DNA of 63,882 nucleotides, filler included, from Octopus bimaculoides (Eukaryota): NCBI RefSeq assembly GCF_001194135.2. It is 7 parts of 7 records of this genome, joined end to end, with 100 filler letters (N's around TTAATTAATTAA, not from the genome) between each part and the next. Parts side by side here need not be neighbours in the genome. Positions count along the whole stretch, not along the records: positions 60,461 to 62,676 come from NC_068987.1; positions 62,777 to 63,882 come from NW_026325282.1; 5 more parts are not named here. One strand, given 5' to 3'. Of this stretch, positions 60,361 through 63,882 are shown in pieces. Numbering within the stretch: the stretch's first letter is position 1; the number at the start of each line of letters is the position of its first letter. The position numbers and the translations under genes are program-made. The notes under the pieces were generated by a model that did not search any database, was not told the origin of the DNA, and saw only the letters and a program-made list of their open reading frames with translations.

Positions 60361-61074
60361 NNNNNNNNNNNNNNNNNNNNNNNNNNNNNNNNNNNNNNNN
60401 NNNNTTAATTAATTAANNNNNNNNNNNNNNNNNNNNNNNNNNNNNNNNNNNNNNNNNNNNATATATATATATATACACACATATGTATATATATATATAA
60501 ATCATGCAGTCATGTATATATATATTTGCGCACACACACATGCACACTTGGGCAGTGATCTATGTTTCATGGTTTCTGTGCCTATCGCACCCTCACCTCT
60601 CCTTGTGTGTGTGTGTGTGTGTGTATGTATGTGTATATATATATATTTATATTTACACACGCGTGAGATGTGCGAGTGTGTGTATGCGTGTGAGTGTGTT
60701 ATAGCAATATACACATAGAAATATATAGTGATATACATTTATCTTTCTTATACTCAAATAAGCATACAAACTCATACGTGTGTTTTTTCTTCTTTTCTTT
60801 CCGTTTCTGTCATTGGCGTTATTGTTTGTTTTTTGCGCCGTCCTACACGTATTGTGTTGCGACTGTGCATCGTGTCTATGACCCGGTACGTTTGCCATTG
60901 ACAGTAAAAAAAACTGTATGTGTTACACAAAAAGTATACAGAAAAAAGCCATCAAGAATTGACCAGATACCCTAGTGACGAAAGCAGAAAAATATAAGAG
61001 GCTATATAAATATAAAAGTGAGGTCAATCGGATAATGTAAGAGATAGACTGTCTACAAACACTCACCCACCCAC

Positions 61075-61113
<39 letters not shown>

Positions 61114-62777
61114 NNNNNNNNNNCCACCCACCCATATATATATATATATATATATATATATCCACACACAGATACACACATACTGACGAGAGCACACAGA
61201 CACACACGCACACATATACGTCGTATGTATGTGTGTATCCCTAACTATCAGCCCCCCTGCGTGTTATACATACATATAAACATACACTTATTATATTTAT
61301 TTATCTATCTATCTATCTGGCTTGCTATCTGCATGCATACATACATACATACATAATATATCCATACATAGGTTATATATGCACATATATAGTATGTATG
61401 TGTTTGAATGTATATGATATATAATATAATATATATGTATAATGTATATATAAGGTATCTATAAACATGTTTATATATATGCGTAGATATGTATATATTT
61501 ATAATAAATATTCGCACAAAACACACATGCATACACATTACACATTTTAGAGATCCGTATTAAAAGTTTTTTGAATAAACATATAATTGAAAAAATAAAA
61601 TTAAAAATCCCTCTATTACACAGTGTATTGTATCATACGATCTTATGTTTCAATTCTATTCCCTCGTCAGGGAAATTAGCATTGCTATCTCATTGTGTGT
61701 GTGTGTGTGTGTGCGTGTGCGTGTGCGTGTGCGTGTGTGTGTGTGTGTGTGCGTGTTTGTATATATATTATTGTTTGGTTGTGTAAATTTGTTTACTTCT
61801 CAGAAGAATGAAAGTAATTGTGTTGAGGAGAACAATGTATTTCTATAAATATATTCACCATGGCGTGAGCTGTTGATATTTTATTATGTTTATTTCTGTA
61901 GCAGAGTTTCACTAACGATATTATATTTACTATCATTCTATCAAAACATTTCAATCTCTCTCATGAAGAACCCAGCCTAAGCCGTTGAATATATTTCTCT
62001 TCATGGTACACGAACGTCACTTTTAAGATTTTTTAATATTTTTACAGAACTCAAAGTCTTTCCGCTTCAGATCACCACCATTCTTGTATTCTAGTGATTT
62101 GGTATTTCATTAACCAATCAATATATTGGTCCCAACCTCATATCGAACCAATAAAATTCATCGTTTCTCAATTCCTTTTCTTCATCTCTTTCTTTTACTT
62201 ATGCATTTTATATCTCTTTACTTTTTTCATCCTTATTATTTCCATTTTTCTCCCACAAAATTAACGACCGAACGAACGAACGAACGAACCAACCAACCAA
62301 CCAATCGATTAATCAATTAATGAATCAATCAATCCATTATTTAAGTCCCTTCCCTTTTTACTTTCTTCACATGGCATATAATTCCCTACCGTTCGATATC
62401 CACTCTAGCTTCTTTATGTACCTCTTCAAGGGAATTTCGTCAACAATCAAAATGATATTTTTTCCAACTCGAAGTTGACATAATATATGAACCTACCATT
62501 TTTGCACGCGCACACATTTATGTATAAGTTTGTGTGTATTTTTATATTTTGTATATGTCCACATATCTATATCTATCTGTGTATGTACGTTTCTACCAAA
62601 ATGCATATCTATACGTATGATACACATACACGTATACACACATGTATTTATATATATATATATTATTATGATTGACNNNNNNNNNNNNNNNNNNNNNNNN
62701 NNNNNNNNNNNNNNNNNNNNTTAATTAATTAANNNNNNNNNNNNNNNNNNNNNNNNNNNNNNNNNNNNNNNNNNNNT

Positions 62778-62935
62778 CACCATAACATAGCAGTTTAGCA
62801 AAGAGAGCCCAATAGAAAAAGTACCAGGCTTTAAAGAAATAAATCCTGGGGTTGATTTGTTCGACTAAAACCCTTCGAGGCAGTGCTCCAGTATGGCCGC
62901 TGTCAGATTGACTGAAGCAAGTAAAAGAATAAAAA
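62778..62935 (+). mobile_element. SINE family 1, 3' part
   Basis: ...AATAAATCCTGGGGTTGATTTGTTCGAC...GTGCTCCAGTATGGCCGC...GACTGAAGCAAGTAAAAGAATA. Confidence 0.85.
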
Positions 62936-63587
62936 AAAACATACAATAGAGAAATTTATTTAACTATGTCATGTAACATTTCAAGGATTTCTTGGATGAC
63001 AAAACAGAAATACTGATTCCATTTCCACACACACAATGAATATAGTTTTGTTTAAACGAGTAACAGAGAGCAGGTTTAGTTTTCTCTAGTATAAACAGAC
63101 AGAACTTGTCACAATAACTGGTAATTTTGAAATGAGAACAATAACAACTTCTTCCAGCATGGAAAATGAAGGTTGAAGGACGATGATGATGATGGTGAAG
63201 AGTTGTTTAAAATTATTGCATGGCATGGACAGAGGCTACTGAACAATCAGAATACTTCAAAATGTAAACAATGTAAGTTCTAGCAAATTAGGGGAGGTGG
63301 TGAGAGTAAGACCGGTTGTGGTGAGCTATACAATGTTGGTATGAGATGTGAGTTCAAACACTGGTGGAAGAATAACTACTGAATCTTAATACTGACAAGA
63401 GCAGACTTGAACCTGGAATCATTTGATTGGGAAAGCAAGCTTCTTAATACATACACAGCCTGTCTGCAATTTTCGCTTCTTTTGGATTTGAGCAGCATCT
63501 TAAGAGTTGTTTTCAAATTTCACAAGGTTTCAAGTGAACAAAAGCAAAAATTACAGAGCGCGAGCACTAGGCAGTGATGTGTATAAA

Positions 63588-63759
63588 TGCAATGTTATTA
63601 CCGGTTCAAAAATGCTTGTGGCACGTTTGAACTCATAAACAAGTAATTCACTGTGTTTTGTCTACAGCGAGAAATTTTCTTCATGACAAAACAAAGTGAA
63701 TGGCTTGTTTACAAGATCAAATATGCCACAAACATATTTAAACTGGTAATAATATTGCA
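63588..63759. repeat. ~170-bp imperfect palindrome (MITE-like)
   Basis: Arms of about 75 bp (63588-63662 and 63685-63759), roughly 80% matched by eye, with a 22-nt centre. Confidence 0.85.
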
Positions 63760-63882
63760 AAGCAAAAATATTTCAATTGATTTGAGAAAACAGCTTGGTG
63801 CTACAGAGAAATGGTGAGAATGAAAACCATTCTTTTTAAACTACAAACTATTTCCCATGTGATGGCACCTGTACCAGTGGAG

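Noticed and set aside
63668-63745. 78-nt open exon candidate REIFFMTKQSEWLVYKIKYATNIFKL
   Set aside because: It lies within the fold-back element and no protein family is recognised.

Overview
This is repeat-dense, AT-rich eukaryotic DNA with many N gaps. The SINE and microsatellite make-up suggests a coleoid cephalopod, probably Octopus (inference, no search run). Six identical 100-bp spacers (44 N + TTAATTAATTAA + 44 N) are artificial joins, so order and adjacency across them are unproven. Almost all entries in the ORF track are microsatellite, gap or transposon artefacts. The only host gene I can support is four minus-strand exons (31808-31698, 23498-23319, 22510-22308, 20726-20576). They splice in frame into the end of the kinase domain, the ubiquitin-like domain and the start of the scaffold/dimerisation domain of a TBK1/IKK-epsilon-family kinase. 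A likely fifth exon appears disrupted. The rest is mobile DNA: several tRNA-derived SINE families, RTE, CR1/L2-like, HERO-like, R4/Dong-like and Penelope-like retroelement pieces, one Gypsy-type LTR end, mariner and Tc1 fossils, and hAT-like and piggyBac-like MITEs. The least explained signal is a set of dispersed, mostly degenerate type I hammerhead-ribozyme-like motifs. Several have a long stem II flanked by unpaired A residues, and two sit in large palindromes. A head-to-tail cluster of (TAA)n-associated R4/Dong-like elements and a non-coding element with the same microsatellite association also stand out. No CRISPR array, rRNA or true tRNA gene was found.
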